DNA of 62,971 nucleotides, filler included. It is 6 parts of 6 records of this genome, joined end to end, with 100 filler letters (N's around TTAATTAATTAA, not from the genome) between each part and the next. Parts side by side here need not be neighbours in the genome. Positions count along the whole stretch, not along the records: positions 1 to 9,237 come from DRR378314_2282; positions 9,338 to 24,662 come from DRR378314_2284; 4 more parts are not named here. One strand, written 5' to 3'. Under the pieces are notes generated by a model that ran no database searches, was not told where the DNA came from, and saw nothing but the letters and a program-made list of their open reading frames with translations. Of the stretch, positions 1 to 12,580 are shown piece after piece. Numbering within the stretch: position 1 is the stretch's first letter; each line of letters opens with the position of its first letter. The translations under genes were made by a program, and so were the position numbers.

Positions 1-2738
1 TTGGAAGTTGTGCACATTCCGATTCTGGGACAGCGCAGTGGGAACTGATCTGACGAGAATGCGTCGACAAAATGTCTGCCTCCTTGGTCGCTGCAAGGCG
101 ACACAAAACAATTTTGCGATGGCTTGGGTACCTCGAGCGCATGTTAGCAATAAACCGCTGCCTTTTCGCGCGCACTCCAATGGTGCAGCAAGAGTGCGAT
201 GGGAGGGTAGGCGATTCAGTTGTTGTTCGCCGCCAGGCGCGCTCCTCGGAGCCGAGAGCCAACGGTACGCACTTTGAATACCGCCTATCCCTTTCCGCGG
301 TGCAGCGACACACACTGTGATATGGAATGGCGCGTGCGATTCCCGTGCATGCGTTGTAATGGACTTGCGAGCGTGCGGATGGAACCTGTTGGGGCGGAAA
401 AGAGAAACAAGACAAAAATAAAAGAATCAACGCAGATGCCGCGCGCAAGGTTCCACGTGTGGTTTGTAATGGCAAGCTTATATCGATTCCGCACGCCCAT
501 TTTTTCCCTTGTTTTTTTCTCGTTGCAACATATAGCATTTTGTGGAGTATTGATCATATGATTTTCGCTCTGTGGCAAGGAAAACCAAGATACAAGTAAC
601 GAGATGGGGAGAAGTTGATACAGGGCTTCGTGAGCGCTGCTGGCGTACGTGGCGCTTTTCGCGCAAGCAGGCCGTTGCGCTTGGGACTCTAGGGCTGCGT
701 TTCTGCTGCTAGCCTTCGCATTTGTTGTGCAATATATATCTATAACAATTGAATCGAAATATATATTAGCCCGAAAGACAAAACTCCAGTTTCTATCTGC
801 ATAGCGTGGTCTCCGTGTGGACCTGCGCAGTCCAGGCAGGTTTCCCCCTGGTCGGCCCGGTGAATAAACTCGTTGTTGCAGGCCAAGGAGCTTGCGCGGC
901 GCACGCGACGCAATTTTGGTCGTCCTCGCTTTCCAAGAGAGCAAATACCACGTCACTCTGTGGAAATTGTGCTCTACGGGAAGGCGGAGTTGTCTGTGAG
1001 CTTCGCTCAAAGGACGACGCCTGTCGCGCTGCCAACGTGCAGCGTGTGTCGGGTGCGCCAGCGTTTGCGCTTCACTGTCTTGTCATAGATCTGCTGCGCT
1101 TCCGGCGTACGCGTGTGCAGCTCCAGGAGCGCCTTTTCAAACACGACCACACGGCTGCTCGGGCGTGTGTTGATTTACGGTGACTGTGTTTATTTGCATT
1201 GTGAGCTTCGTTGGGAACGAGTACTAAAAGAATATGACGCGGTCTCGCGAGCGCGAAAACGGGCCGGCACCAGCGACACGCGCGTCCGATCTTGTCGGCA
1301 GTCGCGTCCGGTACGTTGCGGGCGCTTGAATGACGACCAGAGCGTGGTATGGTAGTAGGTGGTATTTTGGTTGCGTGATATGAGACACGGGCGTGCGCCT
1401 GTGGTGGTGGACTGCACTTGGCACGAGAAGCGAAGTGGTGCGTGTGTGTGGGTGCGTCAGTGGCGTTTCCACAGTGACTGCTGCGGCAGACAACGCTCTG
1501 ACGGAGGTCTGGCTTCGCGCGCTTCCCGCTGGCGCCTGTCTGCGCATTGGCAGATTCGTATGTACAAATTATTATTATTATTCGAATTGCGTGCGATTGA
1601 TAATTTATGCGTATGACATTGGGTCCGCGCGTAGATGCATGTTCGGCCGGGGTAGCGCGTTCTGCAGCGCCCCTCGCGGCAACGCGGTGGACCTGCGTGC
1701 GGTTGCAGTGTACGCTCTCTTTTTGGCGTGCCCCGTGTGCGGTTCCACGCAAGCGCAGCGCGTCCGCGTAGAACAGCGTGGCGTTGTCCAAGTGCGCCGT
1801 CGACCGTCTGCTTGGCAGCCACGTGACCACTTGCCGCCCCCGAAGCGCAGTAGCAATGTTCACCTATTGCCATCCACTGTATATATCACTGTTATCCTAT
1901 ATTTTGGGGGGTATGGCGCGTGATGCGCAGTCATCTGCTGCCCGAGTGCAAAAGCAAGTTGCTGCAGCGTGTTGGTACCGTGCAAACGTCTTGTGCAGTG
2001 CACACTTCAACGGCGGCGATGAGCTGCAGCCGCAGTGGCTCGTTAGGACAGTGCGAAGCGCGCTTGCGCATGTGCTGGCCACGCGACTGCAGCGCGCGTG
2101 CGTGAGGGCACTATTGGCATGATCTATTTGGGATGAAAGATATTGTGTGAAAGAGATCGGAAGGAGCGCCCCTGCGTCATCATGATGCGGGAGAGCGTAT
2201 TTTCCACCCTCCTTCCTCCAAGCGTGTCGCGCGTCGTGTCTGCACCGCAACCTGGCAGCTTGCGCTGGCCTGAGCGGGCTGCTCTGCAAGGGGGGTGCTG
2301 CCTGCTGTTTCATTCGCGAGTAGCCGCTCCAGCCGTCGATTGCCTGTCGGTTTGGGTCTAGGTTATATTCCTACAGGAATTTCGTCCGTGCAGCCCATAG
2401 CTCAAAAGTCAAATTTCTGTAGGGTTACGTATATGAGATACGTGGGGGGGGTATGCAGCTGTGCCGTGGAAGGAAAGCAGCGGACGCAAGCGCCCCGTCA
2501 CGGGCTCGTGCTCTGGTGAGCGTCTGAACTGTGCCGTGTAGAAGGGCGTGATCCGACGCCTGCACGCGGCCATTATGAAATCACTTTCTTTGCAGGCACA
2601 GGATGCGAACAATGAGGCGAATACGCGCGGCGGTGTATGCGCGATTGTGATTTCTTGGCGCTGACGTCCACCACTCAACACTCGTTGCGACGTGCTTGTG
2701 CTCCCTGAAACGACTTCGTACGGTGTGGGCTTCTGCAG

Positions 2739-5700
2739 GCTGATGCCCGGCGATACGTATCCGGATGCAGAGGCACTTGTTGTAGGCGCAGACGCAACGC
2801 AGGACCCTCCTGTTCTTTCACTTCTCGTAACAAAACAGCCGTCAGCGGGCCAGGCGCCCTCTGAGTTCAAGCGCACGCTCGGATCCGTGGAAATTGTGCG
2901 CCTGCCGAAGCAGAAGCTCGGCACATCGGTACGCTCTCACGCGCGGTTGGAGCCGGCGCGCGCTCGCGTGTCGGCCGTCGTGGCTGAGTAGTTTGCCAAA
3001 CACATGCCGCGGTTGCAAAAAAATGCATCGTATGTATCCTGTATGGTGCTTGCAATCTACACGTTGTGCCTCGCGCTTGGTTATTGTACGCGCGCGTGTG
3101 CTCATGAAGCCTGTCGCGTGGGGGCCTCTCTCAGTGCATCGCATTCGCCTTCTCTGCGGAGAAGAGCCGCGTGCGTGCAGCACAATCGGCGCGGCGCGCG
3201 GCTGTCGGATGCGACATCTCGCGCTTCATGGCCGCGTTACGAAATGCTCGTTCTTCCGCTATTCTTTTCTTTAAAAAAATGACGTATGTACGCACGATCT
3301 TGCGTGTGCAGGAGGGCGGCTTCAAACGAGGCGACCGGGTGTGGATTATGAACGGTTCGGCCGGGCACACTGCTGCGGAGTTCATCCGGCACCGCCCGAA
3401 ATCAAACGTTGCGATCGTTCGTCTTCAGGGAACAGGCGGGCGGGATGAAGAGGCGGAAATTAAACTGCACTCTCTAGTGGAGGACGCTGTCTTTCTTGCT
3501 GTCCATCGTGCGCCCGGCGAGCGCACAGCGACGCGAGGCCAGCGCGCAGCGTCCGGAAACGGAGGTCACGCGGAGCGTTCGTCCAGTAGCGACGGCAGTC
3601 CATCAGACGAAGCTGAGGAAGAGCCGGCTGTGCCACAGACGCGGCGTAGCAGCCGGCGCTCGAGCGTTACTTTGTCACCGGAGCGCCGCGCGTCCGCGCG
3701 AGGCAGTGCGCAAGGCCGCTCGTCGCACGACGGTGAAGTTGTGCTCGGCAGCACGCAGGGCCCGCGCCGCCGCGGCAGTGTCTCCATAGCAAACGGCCGA
3801 CAGACACCGCAGCGGGGCGTCCCGGCGAAACGAGAAGCTGCATCGCTTCCGAATGGCGAATCGGCTGATCATGGTGCCAGAGAGCTCGCCGAGTCGCCCT
3901 CTGCTTCCGAGCGGCGTGGCCGAGCCGAGTCTGACGAATCTTCAGGGGCAGATGGCCGTAGCGAGGAGCCCGCCGAGAACCGCAGCGGTCTGCAGGAGGA
4001 TGCGCATGCGGAGGGCCGTCAACTTTCGGACGATGATGGAGATGCAGACGCTTTCGAGGGGCATCGTGTTGTTCTGGAGAACGGTGCGCGCGGCGTATGC
4101 ACTCACTTTAAGGGCGGAGGATGGTATCGTGTCCAGTTGGACAATGGCAAGGTTGTGACTGTACGCCCGTCGCTGCTCCGCCTTGAGGCACAAGATGGCG
4201 ACACCGGACCGGGTGCCAGTGGGAACACGCGCAACGCTCAAGGCAGCGCGTCGGTCCCAGCCGTAGACAATGCGCGTGGCGACCTGCACACAGACAGCGT
4301 CGAGGCTGAGGCTGCGGCTGCGGCTGCCCCGCCGACGAAGCGGCAGCGAGTTTCTGGCTCCTTCGAAGAGCAGCATGGCATGCCCCAGTTCCCCGCAAGC
4401 TCTGCGGCAGAGGCAGGCGCCAACGATTCCGACGTAGAGTCGCAGCGTTCCGGGAGTGTGAGTGAGGGCTGCGGCACGGAGACGCCGGCTATGTCTCCCG
4501 ACGAGATAGTTGCTGCCGCGCGTGAAGCGGGTGTGCTCACGAGCGGTGGCGCGAGTAAGGGAGGCAGTGTGCTGCCTACACTTCCGGGTTCCCAAGAAGA
4601 GCTTCGCGCTCCGTCGCTACTCATTATGGACAAAGAAGCAATTTCGGATATTCGGAGCGCTGCCGCAGGCAGCGCTGCCGCGCTGGATCGATTGCCGCTT
4701 CCATCGCTACTGTCACTGCGATCAGAGCTTTCCGGCGTGTTCTCGGAAGCAACCATTCTTCATGCGTGCTGCACGCTGGATATTGCGAGTATCACCCGCG
4801 CCATTGGCGAAGCAGTGGCCACAAGCGCCGTCGCAGAGAGGATTGAAGGTGCCCAGCGGCGCGCTGCTGCGGAAATTTGCGGGGAACGCGAGGCGCCTCG
4901 CACGACTGGGCAAGGCGATGCTGCCGAGCAAGGCGAGACCGTGTGCGGCTTCATGAATTCACGCGGACGCCCTTGCATGCGTGTCGGCTACTGCCCGTTT
5001 CACCACCAAGCAAAAGAGGGTGGTTCCGGGCACGAGCATGCCAATGGATCGATTGCTGGCAAGCAGAACGCGCGGAGCGGCCCGAGCTCGAATGTAGCGC
5101 CGGGCGGTGCCGCTGCTGCGTCGTCGCGCAAAAAGCCTATGCCCGTAGACTCGAAAGCTCCTCTCGCGAAAGATGCCGGGGCCACGTGGACTGCGGGCAT
5201 GAAGCCTTCGCACTCGCGCGACCAGAGCGCAGCAAGTGGTGCGCAGGGTGCGGATGCCGACGGTGAAGACGGAGGAGAGATTTGCGGTGTCATAAATTCT
5301 CGCGGCCGCCCGTGCCAGCGCACTGGATACTGTCCTTTTCACGACACGGGCGCGCGAAATGCCGGCGGCGGCGTGGCAGCTGCGTCGGGATCGGGCGCGA
5401 GCTCCCTCGGCAAGGCGCGGCGCGGCGGCATCGCGTCGTCGTTTCCCGGTGCACAGATCGAGAATGGGTTTGTCCGAGATGTTACGGAAAGCGATTTTGA
5501 AAGCGGCGACGACGAGGATAATCGGCCGCCTGCTTCGTTTGGTTCACAGCTTCCTCCGAGCGAGCGCGAACGGCTGCTGCGCATCGCGGGCGAGCGGCTG
5601 CTGCTTCTTTTGCGCGCTGGAGAACAGGTCCAGTCGATCCGCGAGAATGCGGAGCCGTCCCCCCGTGTAAACGGCATGCCTCTTGCGCAGCACGATGGCG

Positions 5701-6188
5701 CGGGCGCCAGCGAGTCTGGCGCGGGATCGCGCGAGGTACCGCATGAGCCGCCCACCCCGGCTTCGGCCGACGCTCCGAGCGCGCACCCGGGTTGTGACTA
5801 TGGCGCGACGTCGGCGGACCACTCGAAGTTGGCGCTTGAGCCAATGCAAAGCGCACGGTATGCGGGAAGCGCCCCTATCCCATCTTCTCACCCGCAGCTT
5901 GCGAATGTGTACGGAATCAAGACCGCATTCTACGGAGGCGCTGGTGACGCGCGCGTGGCGGCGCCGGCCGAGGGCTACATGTACGCGCCAAACGGTAGCA
6001 CAGTCGCGTATTTCCGGGACGCGTCCGGTCAGCCTGTGCCGATTCTGCCGACGCAGGGTCGGGATCCACTTTCTGGCCCCGGTGCTCCGAGCGTTTCGTA
6101 CGTGCATGCGCCGCACATGGCGCCTTACTTCTTCCAAGGGCATATGAGCATGCCTACATATGGCCATGCTGCGCACAAGAGCGCATAG
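2739..6188 (+). CDS. Multi-exon eukaryotic low-complexity protein with KOW/SH3-like barrels and two C-x9-C-x5-C-x2-H zinc knuckles (5' exons unresolved)
   Basis: The long ORF 3171-6188 probably begins as an exon at 3312 (tgtgcag|GAG). A phase-compatible upstream exon lies at 2739-2928 (ttctgcag|G...TCG|gtacgc). Motifs: FKRGDRVWIMNG, GHRVVLENGARG...WYRVQLDNG, CGFMNSRGRPCMRVGYCPFH and CGVINSRGRPCQRTGYCPFH. Confidence 0.7.
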
Positions 6189-6998
6189 CCTCGTCGTGCA
6201 TCTTTTCTTCGCATCACTCGGAGGCTCCGTGCCAGATCTCGGCTTTCGCGTCTCGGCCGACTGGCCTGCTCGCGATTTGAAGGCCTTTGGACGTTCTTCC
6301 TCTGGCGAGGGCGGAGGCGCGCTTTCCAAAGCTTGCGTCCGCATGCGCCAGAAGCCGCCAGACTAGGAGAACTGATCAGCCATCGAACAGATGAAAGAAA
6401 CAGCATGCTCTTGCGATGCGTTATAGCGGACAGGTAGAGAGAGACCGGTTCTGTTGCAGACTTGGCCAGCCTCTTGCAGTGCGGAGGCGGGGGAGGGGGG
6501 CGAGACAAGGCACGAGGCGATGTCAGGCTCGCCCGTCTGCCGCCATCGTCCTCTACATGGTGCCGAATGATTGGGGAGAATACCGAGAATAGGGCAGGTT
6601 TTTCGCGCATCTGTGCGAATGGTGGGATTTAGATAGACTGCAACCGTGTGTTTTACCGCCCCAGTGGCGCGCTGCCGACTGTGGAGTGCAGGCAGGCGGC
6701 GCCACGAGGAGCAAGGAGATAATGAATGCCAAATGTTGATTTGGACAAGGGCCGCGTGTTACTGCACGACGAATGTCCCTTCGTAGTGCGGTCGCGAAAG
6801 GCCGGCGGCGAAGCGGGAAGTACCAGTGGGCGCAGGGATACGGGCAGAAGAGGACTCCTGGATTACTACACCACGAGCGTTGGGGGCGCGGCGCAAGGCC
6901 GATGAATTCTTCCCCCAGAGCGGCTACCGCTACTCCCGACGCTATCGATTCACGCGCCCATGAACGCGATCGCAGGGTTTCGATGAACTGTCGTATTT

Positions 6999-9021
6999 CT
7001 ATGATGTCAGGCTCTGCGCGAACCAGAAAATAAGCGGACGAAGTGTACGCGGAAAAAGGAGTCAGGAACAGAGCCTGGATGCCTTTACCTCCCCTTCTTC
7101 TTCTCGTTTGGCGCGCCCGCACGGGGATGGTGCTGTTGAACCATAGCAATCGCTTTCTCACTGCGCTTAACGCCGTCCTGCACTCGCGCGACGCGTGCAT
7201 AAACGAAGCAGTCAACGCAACGCACCATGATTGCTTCGACAATATCGCCGTTCTTCTCCCGCAGAACCTTGGCGGCCTTGGCACGAGAAACATGCGCCTG
7301 CTCGACAACAAGGTTGACGTCTTTCTCGTCGAGGCCAGTGAGATCCACCTGCAAAGGCAGCCCCCAAAGCGCAAGCGGAGAGTGAAATTAGCACGACATA
7401 TGTTGCCCATTTCCCTACTAACGTGCAAGCCACCAGCTAGTGGAGAAATACGAAGAAAGAAAAAGAGAATCACTGCAACAATAAAGTGCATCTATGTGCG
7501 GGCACATACGCTCACAAACGCTAGCGCGGGAGGCGGATCTGCAACGCATCGCTCTGCATATTTCAAGCGGCGCCCATACCTCGCCTTCTTCTTCAGCTTC
7601 CGCCTCCACTGCCTCGGGAGCAGCGCCTTCTGCTTCAGGTGCGCCAGCCTGTAGCGGCGGACAAGAAGCACGGTTGTGAGGCCACAGCGAGTGAGACCCC
7701 ACGTGGCGCACAAGAGAAATGATGGTTTCAATGCCACGGGAGCGATCGCGCGTCACTTCAGGGTGCCTTGGCGCGCATTGCTTTTCCGCTTCCCGGTGGT
7801 GCATCGCGCTGCATGGGTATACACTCCGCAGTCGCGCCAGCACGCGCGGGACGTCCACGGGTGCGCGTCGCACGGGACACGTGCTCTGTTCCTCTGTGAG
7901 TACTCATTCCGTTCTCGCCGACGGCATGACGACCCCTAAACGTGCAACAATAATGGTTCAATGTTTCAAACTGAAGATATGGAAATGAAAACGGCACGGC
8001 AAAGGGCCAAGGCGCTCTTACAACACGCTTCGCGCGTAAGAGGAACCACGCTTTGACAGCGGCCGACTTGTGGGACGCAGTGTGCGCGTGTCCACAGCAC
8101 ACGGCGTAGACACGCGGTCAACCGGCAATGCCGTTCGTACCTCTTGCGCGGCTGCTGCCTTGAACTGCTCGGCGGCAGCACGGTGCTCCTGCGAGTTCAG
8201 ATCGTCGACCTTTCCTTCTCCGAGGATGACGTACGTATCGGACGCAGGTGCCTTGAGGACTTCGGGGTTCGACACGGTGATCATGAACTGCGCGCACGCG
8301 TAAGCGGCAAGAACAGCACACAGCTACAGTGAGCAGTCGCTACGAATACGAGCACAGGCGGTAAACAGCACTTACCAGACCAGACCGGATTTGCGGCAAG
8401 ACTCCCTGCGTTGCTTTTTTAGCGCCTACTGTATCTTCTCGACCGCATACAGCTGATAGTGCGGGAAGTGCCGCGGCAGAGACGGATGAAGCGCACGGGA
8501 AGGAAGCAGCCAAGGCTCTCTGCAGAGTACCGCACGCGGACGCGCGTCGGGCGGCTTTGCAGCTGCAGCTGCGTAGGAGCGCGCCGACACCAAAGTCGGG
8601 GCACGTCAAGAGCGCCCTTGCATTCACTCCGCACAATGTATCCTTTTTTCGTACTATACACGGTAAAGCTATAGCGGTTGCTTGCTTTAACGGAAGAGCG
8701 CGCACTTGCTGCAGAGGAGTGCCCGGCAGGCTGCGCTGGCAATGGGCTGCGGAGTGCCAGCAGCACGACAGTGCCCCCTCTGTGAGCGCAGCGGCGTACG
8801 CAGCGTTCTGTACGTACCTGCTTGTTCTTGCGGATCGTCACGCGCGAGATACCCTCCACCGGCTTCAGGCCGAGCTTCGACAGAGCTTTGCGACTCTTCT
8901 TCTCTTGCCGATTCTGTTTGCCGCCCACGGCGTCGGCCGCTGCGGCCTCCTCAGCCTCTGCGGCGGCGTTCTCGGCAGCCTCCACTGGCTGCTGCTCTTC
9001 AGCGGGCGCTGCCGTCTGCGC
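6999..9021 (-). CDS. NACA: Nascent polypeptide-associated complex subunit alpha (NAC + UBA domains); first exon/start not resolved
   Basis: Exons 9021-8818, 8287-8141, 7648-7580, 7348-7226 and 7013-6999 are all GT-AG and in frame. Spliced protein: KQNRQEKKSRKALSKLGLKPVEGISRVTIRKNKQ|FMITVSNPEVLKAPASDTYVILGEGKVDDL...VDLTGLDEKDVNLVVEQAHVSRAKAAKVLREKNGDIVEAIM|SLTS*. Confidence 0.95.
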
Positions 9022-9237
9022 CTGCGGGAAAGCAGGAGCGCACACACGCAAGGGGAAAACAGGCGTCAACAGAGTTGGTGAGCAAGCGCGGAGTTTGCGG
9101 CGCGGGGCGGATTCTTCCCGCCAACGCGACCATTGCCGACATTCCTACCCATTCACCTTGATATCTGCAGTGCACAGGCCTATTGCACTGTAAAAAAAAT
9201 ACGGGGGAGAGATTGCGCGCGCACGGCGCAGCACTAC

Positions 9238-9337
9238 NNNNNNNNNNNNNNNNNNNNNNNNNNNNNNNNNNNNNNNNNNNNTTAATTAATTAANNNNNNN
9301 NNNNNNNNNNNNNNNNNNNNNNNNNNNNNNNNNNNNN
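9238..9337. other. Artificial contig-joining spacer
   Basis: 100 nt: N-run + TTAATTAATTAA (stop codons in all six frames) + N-run. Gene style changes from eukaryotic to bacterial across it. Confidence 0.99.
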
Positions 9338-10042
9338 CGGGTCCCAGAACCACCAGCCGCCCCAGCCAAGCTCGTAATACGCCCAGTAGGAGCCGAGCGC
9401 GATGCCCAGCGTAAGCGGAATGAAGGCCGCCAGAGACCAGCGCCGCGCTTCCCGCGCCCAGACGGCATCAATGCGCGCCTCCATCATGCCCGCCGCGGCC
9501 AGCGCGAAGACAAAGGAATAGCCAACATAGCCGAGATACAGCATGGGCGGATGAATACTCAGCGCCGGATCCTGTAGCAGGGGATTCAGGCCCGCGCCCT
9601 GAAACGGGGCCGGGTCCAATCGCAGATAGGGCGAAGATGCAAACAGCAGATAGGCCAGCGATCCGACCGCCAACAATCCCTGCACGCCCAGCGCCCGGGC
9701 CTCGAACAAGTCACAGCCTGTGCGCATCCACAACGCCCCTGCCGCGCCAAAACCGATCGTGACAAGGCACCACAGCGCCATGGACCCTTCATGATTTCCC
9801 CATGCTCCGGCGATCTTGTAGAGCATTGGCTTCAGCGTGTGGGAATTGTTCGCCACCAGCGCGACGGAAAAGTCAGATCGTGCAAAGGCGATGATCAGCG
9901 TCACAAAGGACAGCGTCATCACGCCAAACCCGGCATAGGCTGCCAGCGCTGCGAGGCGTCTTTCTCCTCTCAGTCCGAACAGGCCCTGAGCCAGCGCCGC
10001 TGCCAGCGCGAGGAAGGCCGCGAAATGGCCGAGTTCGATCAT
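9338..10042 (-). CDS. ccmF: Cytochrome c heme lyase CcmF/CycK (3' end cut by contig end)
   Basis: WGNHEGSM, GLNPLLQDP, HPPMLYLGYVG and the WWD motif LGSYWAYYELGWGGWWFWDP. Confidence 0.97.
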
Positions 10043-10464
10043 CCGGCTGCGTCCAGCGGTTTCAGTTCGCGGGGTTGGTAATTCTCGTCATGCTTGGCCA
10101 GGATCTGCCGGGCCGTGAAATCGCCCTCTGGCCCGAACTGGCCTGTGGCAACCACGCCCTGCCCCTCGCGGAACAGGTCTGGCGCAATCCCGGTATAATT
10201 CACGCGGATCGTGTGGGGGCTGTTATCAATGACCGTAAAGATCATGGTCGCGCCATCATCGGAATAGGTCAGCGAGCCCGGCTCAACCCAACCACCAACC
10301 TTGACCACCTTGCCCGTTTCCGGCTGGCCATTCTCGGCCAGGATTTCCGGAGTGTAGAACAGGTTCGCATTTTCGCGCAGCGCCATAAACGCCAGCGCCG
10401 CCGCTGCCAGAAGCAGCAGCGCCGCAATGCCAAACATATAAAGCCGTCGTGTCCGTGCGCGCAT
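10039..10464 (-). CDS. ccmE: Heme chaperone CcmE/CycJ
   Basis: Likely start MRARTRRLYMFG at 10464, followed by a TM anchor, PDLFREGQGVVATG and the heme-binding LAKHDENY. Confidence 0.95.
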   Translation of the reverse strand: MRARTRRLYMFGIAALLLLAAAALAFMALRENANLFYTPEILAENGQPETGKVVKVGGWVEPGSLTYSDDGATMIFTVIDNSPHTIRVNYTGIAPDLFREGQGVVATGQFGPEGDFTARQILAKHDENYQPRELKPLDAAG

Positions 10465-10520
10465 GAAAGGTCTTATAGGGTGTGTTGGCCCATGTGGGGA
10501 GTGCGGCGAATGTAGCCGGT

Positions 10521-11123
10521 TTATTCGGTTTCCGGTGCAGCGGCCTTGCCACTGCCCAGCGCCTCGATCATCGGGGCGAAGCGTTCGCGTCGGGGGTCGT
10601 CTTCCGGCAGGCGGGAATAGATATAGCGCATGGCCTGTTCGGCCTTGGCCTGATCCCCTGCCTGCGCCGCGCCCATGGCCGCCCACATGCCGGCCCGCAC
10701 CTGTGTTTCGTCCAGCTCATAAGCCTTCGCAAACAGGCGCGTTGCCTCCGGCGAAACCGCGCCATTGTTCAGATCCACCAGCGCATCGGCCAGCGCCAAC
10801 AGGGCCGGCACATATTCGCCATCGCGCCGCAGGGCGGACTGATAGGCGCGCGCCGCATCTGACGTGCGGCCCTGAGATCGCAGAATTTCTCCAATGAAGA
10901 AATGTGGCTGCGGGTCGTCCGGGCGCTCCTGCACAGTGGCTTCCAACCGCGACAGGGTCTCCGCTGGCGTCAGCGATTGCGGATTGGTCTGTATCTTCTC
11001 CATCAGGCCCGCCTGACGATCTTTCATGGGCTGGTCGCCCATGCCGGGCTTCCCGATCAGCAAATAACCGCCCACCGCCACGGCGAGACAGACCACAAGA
11101 ATGATCCAGTTCGTCCGCGTCAT
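10521..11123 (-). CDS. cycH: CcmI/CycH-like TPR protein of cytochrome c maturation (short form)
   Basis: TM segment, then YLLIGKPGMGDQP, then TPR-like helices (AARAYQSALRRDG). Lies directly upstream of ccmE. Confidence 0.8.
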   Translation of the reverse strand: MTRTNWIILVVCLAVAVGGYLLIGKPGMGDQPMKDRQAGLMEKIQTNPQSLTPAETLSRLEATVQERPDDPQPHFFIGEILRSQGRTSDAARAYQSALRRDGEYVPALLALADALVDLNNGAVSPEATRLFAKAYELDETQVRAGMWAAMGAAQAGDQAKAEQAMRYIYSRLPEDDPRRERFAPMIEALGSGKAAAPETE

Positions 11124-12553
11124 GGTTTCGGAAACCTCAGCTGTGCTTTCAGGCCGCCAAGCTCCGCATCGCCCAGCTCCAGTGAACCACGATGCAACTC
11201 GGCCAGCTCCTTCACGATGGACAGGCCAAGACCCGTACCCGGCGTGGTCTCATCCAGGCGCACACCGCGTTTCAGGGCGCCTTCGCGCTCCTCCGGTGAC
11301 AGGCCCTTGCCATTGTCCTCGACATCAATGGTCAGGGCCGCTGCCGTGTCGCGCACGCGCACCAGCACTTCGCTGCTCGCCCATTTGCAGGCATTTTCCA
11401 TCAGATTGCCGACCATTTCCTCAAGATCCTGTTTCTCCCCCCGGAACACGGCCCCCACCCCGCCGTCAACAGACACGTTGACGCCCCTCGCATCATAGAG
11501 ACGGTTCAGCATGCGGGCGATGCCATCAATCACGGGGCGCAATTCGGTGCGTGCGCCAAGCGTCTGCGCGCGCGCCACCATCTGCGCCCGCTTCAGGTAA
11601 TGTTCCACATTGGTCTGCATGCTTTCGGACTGACGGCGCACCACATCATCCAGTTGTGTCTCGCCGGTCGCTTCATTGCGCAAAACGGCCAGCGGGGTTT
11701 TCAGCGCATGGGCCAGATTGCCCACATGGGTCCGTGCACGCTCCACCACCTGCCGGTTATGCTCCAGCAGCTTGTTCAGCTCATCGGCCAGTGGGCGCAC
11801 TTCCGCGGGATAGTCTTCAGACAGTCTCTGCCGCGTGCCTTCGCGCACTTCGGCAATGTCGCCCCCGATCCGCCGCAAGGGTCGCAGGGAGAATGAAATC
11901 GCCACAACCATTGCCGCAAACACGCCTCCGAACAGGGCAATCATCGTGACCAGCAAGAGGCTGCGGAAGCGGCTGGTCGCTGCATCATTCGCGGCCCGGT
12001 CTGCTGCCGTGACAAGGATCAGCGGTGTCTCGCGGTTCTCGATCAGGATCGCGCGGGAGGCCACCCGCACGCGCTGGCCTGCCGGCCCCTCAAACCGGAA
12101 GTTTCCAAACATGGTCAGGCCGGGATTCATCAGTGTCCGCTCAAGCTGGTCTTCATTCAGGGGCACTGGCTCGTCCCACAAGCTCCGTGAGCGGATGTCG
12201 CCTGCAATACTGCCCTCTGAATTCACGCCAACAATGGACCAGTATCGGCCGGAATATTGCGTGCGAAAACGTACGTCGCCTGCAAAGAATTCCCGCTGGG
12301 AATCCGTCACCCGGCCATCTTCCAGAAACGCGTTCTCGCGGGTCATTTCCCGTGTCAGGCCGACCAGGGTCTGCTCCAGGTCTTCTTCCAGCAGGCTCAA
12401 GGTCTGCGCGCGATACACGGCAGACAAGGCAATCGCCCCGCCAATCAGGACGACAAAGCCCCATATCGCTGCGGCCAGCATGATACGCCGGGCCAGCGAC
12501 AGCCGGGTCCAGCGATCCATCAGGTTTGGTTTGGAAGCGGCGCTGTCGCTCAT
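11120..12553 (-). CDS. feuQ: Sensor histidine kinase, FeuQ-like
   Basis: Two TM helices, HAMP, H-box NLAHALKTPLAVL, N-box GNLMENACKWA, G-boxes EDNGKG and GTGLGLSIV. Matches the feuPQ-cycHJK synteny of Alphaproteobacteria. Confidence 0.85.
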   Translation of the reverse strand: MSDSAASKPNLMDRWTRLSLARRIMLAAAIWGFVVLIGGAIALSAVYRAQTLSLLEEDLEQTLVGLTREMTRENAFLEDGRVTDSQREFFAGDVRFRTQYSGRYWSIVGVNSEGSIAGDIRSRSLWDEPVPLNEDQLERTLMNPGLTMFGNFRFEGPAGQRVRVASRAILIENRETPLILVTAADRAANDAATSRFRSLLLVTMIALFGGVFAAMVVAISFSLRPLRRIGGDIAEVREGTRQRLSEDYPAEVRPLADELNKLLEHNRQVVERARTHVGNLAHALKTPLAVLRNEATGETQLDDVVRRQSESMQTNVEHYLKRAQMVARAQTLGARTELRPVIDGIARMLNRLYDARGVNVSVDGGVGAVFRGEKQDLEEMVGNLMENACKWASSEVLVRVRDTAAALTIDVEDNGKGLSPEEREGALKRGVRLDETTPGTGLGLSIVKELAELHRGSLELGDAELGGLKAQLRFPKP

Positions 12554-12580
12554 GCTGAGGGCTCCGGCGCGAAGCAGGCC

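Noticed and set aside
1..2700. Many short overlapping ORFs and scattered splice-like signals (e.g. acceptors near 880 and 1088, ATG near 1913)
   Set aside because: No recognisable protein motif and no unambiguous exon chain. It may hold 5' exons or another gene, but I cannot support a call.
9282..9293. TTAATTAATTAA recurring five times, and ORFs that run into X residues
   Set aside because: Synthetic linker, not a biological repeat or CRISPR array.
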